Source: Cercozoa sp. M6MM
Lineage: Eukaryota; Protista; Endomyxa: Ascetosporea
Length of the DNA: 37,364 nucleotides
Assembly (NCBI GenBank): GCA_040357565.1
Contig: JBDODJ010000110.1
Direction: 5' to 3' (one strand)
The position numbers and the translations under genes were made by a program. Under the pieces are notes generated by a model, which saw only the letters and a program-made list of their open reading frames with translations, was not told the DNA's origin and searched no databases. This document shows, piece after piece, positions 9,485 through 22,113 of the stretch. The stretch's first letter is position 1; every line of letters starts with the position of its first letter.

Positions 9485-12400
9485 TTAGCTCCTAGTTGTT
9501 AGTTGCAATTCTTGCAGTACCGACAGAGCAGCCGTGAGCCGCTTGTTTTGAGGCGGTTGCGCGACGACAGCATCTTCGCCGATGAGAGTTCTGATGCTTG
9601 AGAAGGAGCGACGTGCCACAGCGAGGCGCTGTTCGAGCTTTAGCACATCGGCTTCGAGATGTGCCAAGTGTTGCGCCATGGCGTCCATGTTGTGTTGCGC
9701 GGTGCCAACTTCGCCTCGAGAAGCTTCGCGTGGTATTTTCGACAAGCCGAGCTTGACGATGCCACTCTCTTCCCGTTGCCACACACGCGTCGCGAACCGA
9801 CACGCGCGTTCCACGTGAGCGGCAGTGACTTCGTCGGCGACCGAAATGCCGAACTTGCCCCACACGCCCTTTTCGACCAGTTCGTCTCGTCGCGCAACAC
9901 TTGCAAGCATGCGGTGTGCGAGAGTTTCTCCACGTTGCGAAAAGACCGTCTGAACTTGCGCGAGGTCGGCTTTGACCAAGTCCTAGCGTCAGTAGCGTCG
10001 GCATTTCGACAAGCATTTTTGGACAACAAAGTAGTGGGCGAGTACCTGAGTTGCAAAGGTGGCCTTTATCGCAGCCAACACTGGCCGCAGGATCTCGCAG
10101 ACCTGTCTCAGGCGCAGTTCCATTCGTTGCGACGACACGTCGGCGTAGAGTTTCCGAACACCTAGCATCACATCGTGTTGACTCGAGCAGAGACGCGCTA
10201 ATTCCACCACGTTTTTGGCTGCAGCTTCGATCCATTGATAGTTCTCCGATACCCTTCGTGCTGTCAGTTCTTGTTCTATCTCAACAGGTTGTACAATGCA
10301 CAGCAAGCGAGAATGGGGCATTTCTTTAAGTCAGTTTTTACTGTATATTTACCTGACAGCGTGAAACCGACGCTGGCTCTCAAGTTGACTGCTCCTCGGT
10401 GGAACTTCTCGCGTCGCGTTCGAGTGTCGGGTTTTGTCTCTAGACCCGCAGGGTCACGCCGGCTTCTGATTTCGACGGATTCTTTTGGTCGCATAACTTG
10501 CAGCAGTGCTTTCACATTCATGAGTTGTCGTTGCAGGAACTCGTTGTGCTGTTGAATCTCTACCAACGACAAGCGACTTAGTTACCATTGCAACAGTCTT
10601 AATTTAAATCCACCTGAAGCGAAGTCTCGCAACTCCATGTCAGCCGACTCTTGCGCACTGTTTGCAGACTCCGCGAGCTTGTCGAACTTCTTACACAACA
10701 TCGTGTGTTCTCGCAAGCTTCGACGCCGAACATCCAGTTGTTTACTGCACACTTTAGTTTAGTTTTACTGTTTCACGTCCCATACAAAAGAGGCACCTTC
10801 GGGAGATGGCAGCATCTCGAAGGTGCGAGACATTGTTTTTGTACCTATAAAAGCAATCACCACTTAGCACGTATGTACGTAAGTGCAAACTTCGGTTGAA
10901 GATAAGATACACTGTTGCGTTCTCGTAGACTTCTTTGAGCTGGACGAGTGCCGTATCCAGTTTCTGCTCGATTTTTGCCACAATCTCAGAACCCACAGCT
11001 TTGCGATTGTTGCGCGTCTCCTCTTGGACGTTCGCGTCGTCGAATTCTGCCAGCATCTGCGAAAGCTCGTGCTCTCGTCTCAGTCTCGCTGCTTTCAATT
11101 TGTCAAACTCGGATCGCAGACGAAACAAGCGTTCCTGCGCGTCTGCAGGAGCTGAAGCTTCCGCTCGAGTCATGCTCATTGCTTCCTTTAAGGAGGTCTG
11201 CAACGCATCGAACTGACTGTTGTGTTGGCGGTGGAAGTGCAAACGTGGCTGTCGGATGCTCAAAAACTCAGTCTCTCCGGCAGCGATTTGCCCTGTTCCC
11301 GTCTGGGATGTTGTCGGGAAAGCACTGCGCGCAAATTGTGCTCTTCTTTGTCGAAGTCGAAGCGGGATCCGTCGCTTTGGAAAGGGTGCACTCTTGGGCC
11401 TGCTGTAGACGCTAGGAGCACTCAGCATGACACTTTCGCGACGCTCAAAAACAGCACTAGCCATGTCTGACTCAACGTGCGCTGAGGGTAAGTTCCTTTC
11501 GGTCTGTTCAGCTGGCAATAGGCGGGACTGCGAAAGCACTGAGTCGGGCGACACGATACGCCCCATACGCGTTTTTTGTCGGCGAAAACACTCCCTCTGG
11601 GAATCGTCCACTCTTTGGGCTCGAAGTCGATTCTCTTGCTTTCGTTCAAGGGCGATCTTCATCAAATGCGCTAACCAAAGACGCAAATGAAGGCATGAGA
11701 TCCCGGAATCACGGGTGCCTGTTACCTCGAAGCAAGCCTTTTTTCCCCCGTTCCTTACAAAACTTGACCTTTCGGTGAAGCTCCCACTTTTCCAGTTGCA
11801 GGTAGGAAGCAAAGTCGGGACTCAGCGAAGAACTGAAAGAACTCGTCAGAACGACAGTGTGACTGACACCACATGCCACGCTTCCAACCACGGCGGAAGA
11901 CAGCGCACCGACCGGTGCGGGAAAAGGAACTGAATCTCGAGTTGCACTTGCCAGTACCGGGTCGAGTGCGCTCTGGAAGCACATACCATATAAATCTACT
12001 AAATTTACGAAAGACACAGGCGTGTTTTTGTTGGGTAAATCACCTTGCCGCCAAAGCCATCTGCGTGCCCAAGTTGCCCGCTTTCTGAGCTTCCCCATGT
12101 GTACAAAAGTCCCACGCTCGAGATCACCGCGGAGTGCTTTGTCACCGCAGCCAAACCGAAAACTAATTATGTCAAGAAGGGCAACGGGGTACTGTATCAG
12201 AAACCCAAGTAAATTTACGTATTTGCCCGCCGATACAGTTCTGATGTGTTTATTGTACAACACCAAGCGAGGCACATTTCGCACAGGTGTTTCAGTGTCA
12301 CCTGTGCCTGTTTGGCCTGCTTGAGACGCTCCGATTGTCCAGACATCTCCGCCACGGGTCAGCAAGAGAATGTGCGACTGCCCCGAGGCTATTCGGACGA

Positions 12401-13756
12401 ACGTGTCGGCTGCAGACAACTTCTTCATCGGACAACGAGAAATCACGACCTCAGGTCTGTTAGTTTAGCCACATGATTGACGGGGTGCAAACTGTTATAA
12501 ATTTAGACAGCGTTGAGTTGCTCAGTACATGTAGCGAAACTTCGACGATTCTTCGTTGTCGGCCCTGTAAAAGTGTTCTCCAAAACCACAAACTGCAATC
12601 GCTCCTGTCTCCTGTCCAAAGAAGGTTCTCTGCATACGTCTTGGTCCGAAACTGTGCGGATTGTACCAACAAAAAGGCCGTGTGAGTTCCTCCACTACTG
12701 ACTTGCACTACTTTTGTTCGCTCAAAGGCAGCGCACTTCTGCAACAGCAACCACGATGCGAAACTGCGACACCATTGTACTGCGTTCTTTCTACCACTTG
12801 CTTCGGAGCGAAAACGTCGTCTTTCGAACCGTGACCAAGCTGCCCACTGCATGAGACAACGGTAGACATAGATCATCTTCATCATATCGAGAATATAAAA
12901 AGCGGTTACTTATCGCTTGATCCCCAAGTGTACACTTCAAACAAGAACTCGTGAGTATAATTTGATAGTTTGCTCAACGCTTGAAATGTCAATGAACAAG
13001 AACTGAACTGAACTCAAGCTCTTATGAATTTTACCTTTTCCTTCTGAATCAATCGCGGACGAGTGTCTCTGTCCACAATCGACAGCAACGAACTGTGCGG
13101 TTCGAGAAGCACCACCAGCAGTGATGTGCTTTGGGTATCGAAGGGAGGACCGGTCACCATGCCCCAGCTGCCCGTGTCTTGAGGATCCACAGGAGTAAAT
13201 CTTGCCGGATTTCGACAAAAACAGCTACAATAGTACATTTAAGAACACGTAAGCGCAACACAGTTTATAGAAACAACCCAACTTGTTACCGTGTGAAACT
13301 GGCCGCATGCAACAGCCGTGATTCGCGCGTCAATGTCGGAAACGACGACAGGCAAGTAGCGACTGGCAAATCCTAAGATACAGTACAACAAACGAGTTTG
13401 AACACATTGGTCCTAAACGTCGCGAGTGAAAGTCCACCTTCAGCTAGATTGCCGAGTTGACCCGCTCGACCGTCCCCGCAAGTATAGACTGAACCCGCGG
13501 ACGTAAGAATTGCTGTGTGAAACTGCCCGCAAGCAACTTCTCGGACTGGCTCTGGGATATGAACTACGAGCGGTGCTGCAGAGTACTTGACACCGTTCTT
13601 TGGGTGCTGTCCAAGCTGTCCTTGGAACCCAGCACCGAAAGAGCACACGTGTCGTCCTTCGTTGGCGAGAGGTCGTTGGGGATCTTTCTCCCCGTCCACT
13701 CTAACACGGTTGGTCATCACATCGAAAGACGACATTATCAGGCCACGAGCCTGCAT
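9485..13756 (-). CDS. RCC1-repeat protein fused to a long coiled-coil region (ODAD3/CCDC151-like), multi-exon
   Basis: RCC1 repeats SFGAGFQGQLG, VACGQFHTAILT...VYTCGDGRAGQLG, IYSCGSSRHGQLGHG, IASGQSHILLLT and VACGVSHTVVLT. Phase-1 intron 11671-11725 joins ...KGLLR-A-HLMKIALERK into ORF 10754-11812, and coiled-coil exons continue to TAA at 9485. Start at 13756 or 13735. Confidence 0.75.
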
Positions 13757-14137
13757 GTCAGGTGCTGCACCAAGTACAAGAAAACGTGAAGTGGCGAGAG
13801 ATTAAATTTACTCTGGAAGCTAGGACATTTTACCCGGACCTGGCCACAAGAGAGAACTCAGGTCATTCGAGGGGTCCGCGGACATACGAGGCTGGCTATT
13901 CCTCCAGACCGCGCTGTTTCCTTCTCTTAGATCGCTATTCCCACCAAAGGTTGAGAGCTGACATGAATCTCACTCAAGCTCTGTGTTTTTCCTGGGGAAG
14001 AGCTGGTGACCCCTGTCCGCGGGGACGCCTCTAGGTGACAAAATACGAGGCTGCAAACACTTTTGTTTTGATCAGACGAGTTACCAACGGCCCAGGCTCG
14101 CAAGTTTAGAGAGCTTCCTACTGACGACTGAGTTTCA

Positions 14138-15141
14138 ATGTCTCAGCTGTCTCACTCCGATTCGCAACAGGCACACTCGAAATTCCAGGTGCAAATTGAC
14201 GACGACGAAGAAACCGCCAACATAGGCTCAGCTCCAGGTTCGAGCAATCAGTGGACTCGAGCAATTCAAATTGCGTCGAAAAAGCATGACTGGTAAAGTG
14301 GTCCCAGCCGCGAGACGTTCGGTTCCCTGGCGTGACTCATCGCTTTTGCAATTGCCTTGCTTCCAGGTACGCGGATCAAGCCGCGGCGATAGACCAGCAA
14401 ATTTCAATTCTGCACCAGCGTCGTGTCCTTCTTCAGCGAAAGATGCAACAGTGCCAGTCAGTGATTCAGTCAATGGAGGCGATCTTGCATATGGATCAGA
14501 GATACCAAGCCATGCACAACGACCCCGAGCATGAGTTGGCAGAGTCACTTGAAGACGCTGCCAACGACCTAAACTTCCGCCGCTATTCGAGTCGTCCGTC
14601 GATCGGTAGTTGCGGAACTGCGCGAAGAATGTCCGTGGCGGCCCCGATACACGAGCAAGCCCTCCCGAACTATCGGTAAGGGGGTAAACTTTGCAAACTA
14701 AGTAGCCGAATCTAAGCCATTGTTTTGTTGTGCAGAAACGTAGCCGAAAGCAACATCGAACAGCCACCGCGAAAACGTCCGCGTCATTCGATGGATCAAG
14801 GAGCGCCACTTCGAGAACGCTTCGTCGGAAATCAACACGTCGCCGAGGCGGCACCGGTCAATTTTGATCCTGCACAGAAGCACGTTCAGGACGCGAAGCA
14901 AGTTCGGACCTTGAGTCGCGCTTCGAGTCGCCAAAGCGAGCAAGAATCGATCCGCGCGAAGCAGCAGGCCCCAGCAGCTCCGCGACGTCCACTGACGAGA
15001 CAGCATCGCGTTGCCATCAACCGACCTATTGAGCAAAGCATCCTGAAACCAACAACGTCGGTCGGTCGAATTGGTTCCGCACCTGACTCTTCTCAGCGCA
15101 GCTCGAACTCACAGTCTCACAGAAAAGCTAATAACTTATAG
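14138..15141 (+). CDS. Hypothetical protein (short coiled coil plus disordered region), about 3 exons
   Basis: ATG at 14138, MSQLSHSDSQQ...; in-frame GT-AG joins to ORFs 14332-14679 and 14725-15141. No recognisable domain. Confidence 0.55.
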
Positions 15142-15312
15142 TACTGTTTTTCACGGGCAGTTGTTTCAATCCGTTTATCCGCAGTCAGTTGACAGTTCAG
15201 CTCAGTTGATTGGCAGCGTTTCTCCTGCGCTACCGGAGCTTTGACTTTTCTCAGTCTGTCACTTTCCCGTAGTCGCAGTAATGTCATGCTTGAGACTGAA
15301 AACTAATAAGAC

Positions 15313-17319
15313 ATGAGCGCGATGAATTCCATGGAGTTATCTTGGGATTCCTTTACCAAGGTTTCGGTAGAAACTCAGTTCAGTCGACATGCTATCCCTC
15401 AATTCACCTGTAAATTATGTCAGTATGTGTGATTGCAGTTTCTTGGGAGTGGAACGCATGGGTCGGTTCATTCTGTCAAAAGCAAGACCACCGGTCATTC
15501 TGTAACCTCATTCTGGGAACCACTAGCATCCTCATTCTTTCAGTTCACTCACTTTATTCCTACCTAGTACGCAATCAAGGAAATATCGGTCGTTGGACGA
15601 ACAACAGCAAGCATAAATGCGATCCTCAACGAGATACGGCTGATGGCGAGCTTTGAGTCGCCATACATCGCAACATACTATGGTGCTTTCACGGATAAAG
15701 GAAAGATATTCATCGTTTCGGTACGGCCTGAGAGAGGAAAACTGTCACCAACCGTACTAGGTAGGACTGTTTCCCTTTTGTAGGAACTCGCGGACGGAAG
15801 CATCGAACGCTTACAAGAGAAAGTGATTGAGAGCAACTCTAGCTTCGACATGGACACTCTTTGGCGTATTTGGTAAGTTCATTTCTCGGGCAGTTTTAAA
15901 CAATTTAACATTTACTACCTAAAATTTAGTATCGGCAAATATTTAAATACTAAAATATTAATAAACATACCGTGCTGCTGCGCAGTGCGCACACAGCCAA
16001 AGGTCTGCAGTCGCTCCATCAACACGGAATTCAACACCGAGACGTAAAGCCGGCCAACTTGCTGTACGTCGTTCCATGCGGGTGGCTCGGTCAGACGAAG
16101 CACGTCTTTAAGCTCACTGACTTTGGCAGTGCTTCCTGTCGCAATGCGTAAAAAACTGAACTATCTGAGTTTATTCGATCTCAACAAACTGTGAATGTGC
16201 TCATTTGACACAGAAGCAAGAGTGGACTCATCGGGTCGCCATACTTTATCGCACCCGAGGTGTGGGACCACCAAGAACACAGCAACAAAGCCGACATCTT
16301 CTCACTTGGCGTCGCTCTGTTCCAGCTAACTTTCGAACGCATGCCGTTCGACCTTCCAAACAATCCGATCATTCAAGAATTGACTTTGAAGGACAAGATA
16401 GAACTTATCGGCAGTCGGATTCGGGCGAGCGAGCCCAGTTGGCCCGAAGACTCGCTTCACCTGCCGCAGCACCAAAAGGCGCTCACCAAGTTGCTCAAGA
16501 AGAATAAGGTCTTTTCCTTTCATTTATGAAGCGGATGGCTTTCAGGTATCCAAGCAACCACAGAACCAAAGAAATCGGGACGTGATTAAATTTACACGCC
16601 GGTTCTGTGACAAGAATGGTAAAACAGGGTTTCTCTTTTTAACTAAAACTCGAACTGAACCAGCAACCGAGTGCTTCAAACAGACCTGATCGAGTACGCA
16701 AGTCCAGAGTTCATTGCGCTCGTCGCTCGCATGCTCGAGAAGGACCCGGAGAAGCGACCGTCTGCTTCTGAACTCTGCCAGAACTGCGAAATCTCCCGCG
16801 TTCTTAAAGAAGACGAAACCGTGCGCAACCAAAAGAAGAATTCGCAGCAAGTATCCCAGCGACGTCAAGAGCGACGCAAACTGATGTGCCACCAAACAGA
16901 GTCTCCAAACTCGTCCACCTCTTTGCTATCGACGTTGATGGTCGACGACATAAAAAAACTCGACGAAATCGCGCTTCCAAGGCCAAAACGCTATCAAAAT
17001 GCGGCACAAGCGATCATGTACTTTCAATCTATCACTCCTCGTGCCACTCTTGTTCCTTCTTGCAGTGTCAATTTTTGACTAAACCAGTCACCGAAAGAAA
17101 CGAAAGAAGTCAACTGACACAGCACACTTGTTCGTAGCAGACCAGGATCTGCTCAAAACCCAATCTAGTAGCAGTAACACGTGCGATAGTCCGAAAAGCA
17201 CGACCCAAAGCAGTTGCCCGAACTCTCAGCGACGCCAGAAAGGGTTTTTCAAGAACAAACTCTGGCGAAAGATTGCGCGACTCTTTCGACAACGTTCCGA
17301 GTCGCTCCAGACAACGTAA
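15313..17319 (+). CDS. Ser/Thr protein kinase, NEK/STE-like, multi-exon
   Basis: Spliced LGSGTHGSV, YAIKEI, NEIRLMASFESPYIATYYGAF, HRDVKPANLL, LTDFG, GSPYFIAPEVW, KADIFSLG and MLEKDPEKRPSASEL. All catalytic motifs are intact. Confidence 0.9.
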
Positions 17320-17369
17320 AAAAGCGACGATTAAAACTTGGCTGGATAGTAAAATTGCTACTGTGACAC

Positions 17370-20300
17370 TCAGTTCGTCACAGAGGCTCGCTTAAAGAGC
17401 AAGTTGCTCGTACGCAGTCGGTGCACGAAGGCATCGATGTGAAAGACTTGGTCGGCGCGAAGTGCCGTGCTTTGCGACTGCTCGATACCGATGCCTTCGC
17501 ACAGGATCGAATTACACTCCTGCAGACTCTTGCCAGGGTCGAGTGCGAGGATGGACTGGCGTGCTTGCGACACGGAGAGCAGTCCGTTGCTGGTGGCGTG
17601 CTCGCGCAGAGCTTCCTCCAGGTCGCCGTAGAATTCGTCGATCTCTTCGAGGTGCTGGTCGCGCAGCATCTCCACGAATGTGCCCTGGTCAAAAAGAGAA
17701 TCCGGGGATGAAAGAGATTCGGAAAAGCTACCTGATTGCCGTCCTCATCTTCCTCGAAGAGTGCAGGCCATTGCACCTGCCGTCGTGGGTCGTCCACTTT
17801 CAGTCTATTTCAAAACAATACAATGGAAAGCGACTAATGCAGTTTCAGTTAACCTTACGCTTTCAAAAGCTCGCGCAAACGTTCCTTTCGCTTCGAAGTG
17901 CCGAAAAAGTCCCGGAGCAACTGCTGGAGCACATTCGTTTCGATTTCGTCTCTCTGTGCCTCGTTTTCGATCTCCTTTTCGAGTCTCTCCAGCAGATTGT
18001 TCTGGTCTTGGTAGACACCTTGCGGAAGCTCACCTTCGAGAATGCGCAAGAACATGTCAATGTCAGCATCGTATCTGCTCAGTTCGTTTCAGTTTCAAAA
18101 TTGGAAATGAAAGTAGAACTAACGCACCGATACTTCTTCAAGCCACTCAAGAAGTTGTATCCCCAGTCGGCGATAACGTGTTGATCTGTGTGCTTGTTGC
18201 GCAAGAAGATGAAGAGATAGTCGACGAGGTGCATCGTGGCAGCTTTTTCATCCTGCTGGTACTTTTCCTCCCAGACCTGTTTCACAAGTTCTTCGATCTG
18301 TCGTTTCGGCAGGTGACGGTTCCTGACTCGGCCTTGGAAACGCAGGTATTTCGGAACCGAAGCATCAGTTCCCAACGCAACAAACGAATCCTCGTCGCGT
18401 CGCTCTTTCAGATCTGTACACGGAGAGATTGGGGCAGAAGTACAGCACAGGGGCATTGTTCTGCCTAACTTTGTCCAGTACCAGCATCAATATCAATGTC
18501 AATTATAGCGCGCAACATCCGCAGTTCTTCGCGTAGCTGCTGATGCCGCGCTGTCGCCATGGCGAGTCTTTGAAAAACAATCTAACTTGGATGAAAGACA
18601 CGTCACATTAGTGTTAATCTTACAGTTGCACAGACGAGAATTTCGACGGATCAAAGTCATGAGGAGTGCTCGAACCATCGTCTTTTTCGGCCGCCCCTGT
18701 TGCGTCGACTTCGGTTTTCCCTTTCGGAAGAAGTGCACACTCCTGCATAGGAGCATATATATATATATATATAAACTTATATATAATTATATATTTATAT
18801 ACAATTATATATTTATAATAAATGTAACGCGAAAAGTACCATAGCAGAGTTCCAGTCGGGTCGGGGAGTGACACGTCCTTCGAGTTTCTGAACCTCAACG
18901 CCCCCATCGTTCAGGACCGGCGGAAGCGAACCTTCGAGGAACAGTTCGCGAGCGCCGACAAATGAGACAATCTGCAGCTGCTTTTTGAGTTGAGACACCT
19001 CGTCTAACTTGGCGGCATACGTCGTCACCATTAGCTAGTATTTGTGGATTGTTTTGTTGGTGCATGTGCTGAAGCTACGAAAGCTACCTGCAAGTCGTTC
19101 TTTGTCGCTTCCACCTCTTTCGTTTTTTCGTTGAGTTCGTGGAGCACTTTCGCGTAAGTTTCGGGCGAAATCGCCTCCGACATCGCGTCTTGCGCAGTTT
19201 CAAGCGCTCGTTCCAATAATCTGTGCCCACGCAAGCACAAAGTAGTCTTCTTATACAGGTGATCCAGAAAGAAGCCTCACATCCTCGAATTCTCGGCATC
19301 GGCAAGCTTCAGCTTGAGACCCGAGATGGTGTCGTTGTAGCTGCCTGTGCGACTTTTGAGACTTTGGGCCTCGCGCTTCAGAACCAAACGAACCACACAT
19401 AACGAACCACACAAAACAACAAAACAAAAACTGTCGACAAACAAAAGAACCTGCACTCGCGTGATGGCTTCTGTCAGAGCGACATTTGCTCGCAGTTGTT
19501 CTTTCTTGGTATCCTCTGCTTCGCCTCGAAGGGCCTGTAGCCGTGCATTCTCCTCATATATTTTGTCCAACTTTGTCAGAAGCTCCTGCTCGCGCTTGCG
19601 TGCTTTTAGTGTTTCGGCACGTGCTTCGTCCAAGCGTTGTTGCCACTCAGCACTGGCTCGCAAGTTCGCAACAGCGGCATCACGTTTTGCTGCTCGCAAT
19701 TTGTGCTTCCACGGTCGTGCATCAGCTGCCAGCTTCCGCTATACTCAGTCCAGAAAGTAAACTGTAAGCTGTGAAGCAAATGAAAGCATGTCTTAGTTTA
19801 CCAACAAATTCGCACAAGCTTCGTTGTCTTTCGAGAGCTCGCGAAAGAAGGTTGAGTAAGAACGAAAGTGCTGCGAAAGCACGTCCAAAACGAAAGCGTT
19901 GTGCGCAAGTCGACTTCCTGCAGTTTCGAGTCCAAGCTGTGGTTTCGCTTCGGCGGAAAGATGGAGTGACGCAGCTTCTTGCCGCAGCTGGAGTTCACGC
20001 AGACCAGTCAAGTGCACGAGCAGTTTCGGAGGCTGTACGACTTGGTTGCGAAGTTCCTCTTCGAAATCGCGATCACCAGATGCAGCTGCAATGGAGATCT
20101 CGTTGAGAGCACTCATGATGCCCGCTGTCGAAGGTCGCCTCGGTTCCGATGCCGGAGGCTGTTTCGATGAGGCAGAAACAGAAGTGTTTCGTGAGGATTT
20201 GCTCGAGCGAGCAGAGGCAGAAACTGGCGCGGATTTCGCCTCAGTTGGAACTTGCTCGGGCAGTTGCTGTTCCGGAGGCTGCGTGATCAGTCGGCCAACT

Positions 20301-20800
20301 TTAACATCGAAGCTTCGTCTCGAAATCAGTTTCAACGGATCTCGCCAAAGGTTCTCCTGAGCTCCTTTGGACGTCGCACTCAACTGTCTCGCTGCTTTCG
20401 ACGTTGCACGTCGCTCGCTGGCTCGTCGTTCGACCAAACTAACAGTGTTTGCGAGCATGCTCTTCGCACGCCGTGCGATTTCATGTGAAGGCGATGCAGG
20501 CAGTGAGCCTCGGTACTGCCGTGTCGCAAACGGTCTGTGCACAAGTCTAGAGGGCGAAGCTCTCAATTTCTCAGTATCTGGTAGCTCAGGCACACACACT
20601 GTGATGAGGCTTTTCTCGCGAGCCACTCTCCCGAAAGAGGAAACAAGCGAACTCGGACGAGCTTCGTCGGCATCAATCGAGACGCGATAACCACGCGCCG
20701 AAGCGCTGTGACGAGCTTTCGTGCGCCACTCACTGCTACCAACGGCGAGTCCATTCTCCTCGCGAACTGCTTGTTCCACATGATGCGAGCTTGAATTCAT
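17370..20800 (-). CDS. TSNAXIP1: Translin-associated factor X-interacting protein 1-like (coiled coil, cilia-associated family), multi-exon
   Basis: Coiled-coil exons followed by TPRPDW, FVALGTDASVPKYLRFQGRVRNRHL, WGYNFLSGLKKYRYDADIDMFLRILEGEL and LFEEDEDGNQ, characteristic of TSNAXIP1 homologues. Confidence 0.8.
18755..18819. repeat. Intronic (TA)-rich tract
   Basis: Nearly pure A/T, ATATAT-rich, inside a TSNAXIP1 intron. Confidence 0.85.
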
Positions 20801-21111
20801 TGGCAAACCGCAGCGCGCGAATGCAGCTCAAAACTCGAAGTCAACCCCGGACCTTAGAGCGCTAGAACCTCAATCGGCTTTTATTCGTGATATTTTCCGC
20901 ATAATTAGCTTCCACGCGGAGGCATAGCAAGTATTATCTGTACAGTAAGTACCGGCTGCCGGGCTGAGGCAAGCTGGGATAGAGACTTGAAAAATAAAAA
21001 AAGCAAAGCTTCGCCCTGCGATAGTTAGATCTGAGGCCAATCAGAGCGAGTGAGCACGTGTGTGATAGTAGAAAATTCGGTCGAAACAGGAGATCCATGA
21101 CGTGTGTGTGA

Positions 21112-22028
21112 ATGAGTGAAGAATCGTCGATAGAGTTGCGGCATGTGGGAGGTTTGGACGAGAAGAGGCGGCGTGGCGCGCTGAGCTGGTCATGCGCGCG
21201 GCGACGCTTGCTGCGGCTGCTGTTGCTGGAGGTGCGCACGTTCGAGCGGCACTTTCCGTTCCCGCGGCGGCGTGCGGCGGCGTCGTGTGCGGTGTCGGCG
21301 GTGCCGGCGCTGTGTTTGGCCGGCGTGGTGCTGGCCGTGCTGGAGCTGCTGCAGGCCGACGGCGACGCGGCGCGCGTGCTCGGCGCAGTGGACGCCGCCT
21401 TGCTGCTGTTGGTGGCGGCGTGGTGGCTACACGCCCAGATGCGACGGTGGCAGCGACGGTGGCACGAGGTGATCGCACTGGCCAGGCAGCGCATCGACGC
21501 CTGTGCCACGCGCATCGCGTGCGGCGATCACACCGTCATTGATCTCACTGATCTCAATGATCATGACGGTGATCAAGACGGTGATCAAGACGGTGATCAC
21601 GACGGTGAGTACTGGCCGCCCGAGCACTACTTTGTGCTGGTGCGGCGCGACGCCGCGTGGCACCGTCTGCCGCCCAACCTGCTGGTGCCGGGCGATCACT
21701 TCAAGTCGCACCGTCGCGTGTGTCACACCGTCCCGCTGGAACCGTCTTCTGACTCTCACGGTGTCACTGACGGTGTCACTGACGGTGTCACTGACAGCGA
21801 TGATACCGACAGCGATGTCAGTGAGAGTCTCCTGCGGCGACAGCACACTGTCGTTGCACTCGAGGCGCCTGCGGTATTGCTTTACCCCCCCCCGGGTGGG
21901 GGCGCGGGCGGGGGGCCCCCCCGTCCCCCCCCCCCCCCACTTACCCCCCCAGTGTGCTCAACTACGCAACACACTGCTGTCGGCGCTGCGCCGGCACCCG
22001 CACTTTCGACACTGTCGTACCGCCGCTC

Positions 22029-22113
<85 letters not shown>

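Noticed and set aside
14228-14854. 208-aa minus-strand ORF and similar long ORFs (17462-18184, 17680-18468, 20934-21515, 24116-24787, 9492-10235)
   Set aside because: Shadow or alternate frames of better-supported spliced genes; no motifs.
14138-15312. N-terminal extension of the kinase gene
   Set aside because: The splice combinations I tried across 15141-15312 hit stops, and the kinase has its own ATG at 15313 just before subdomain I.
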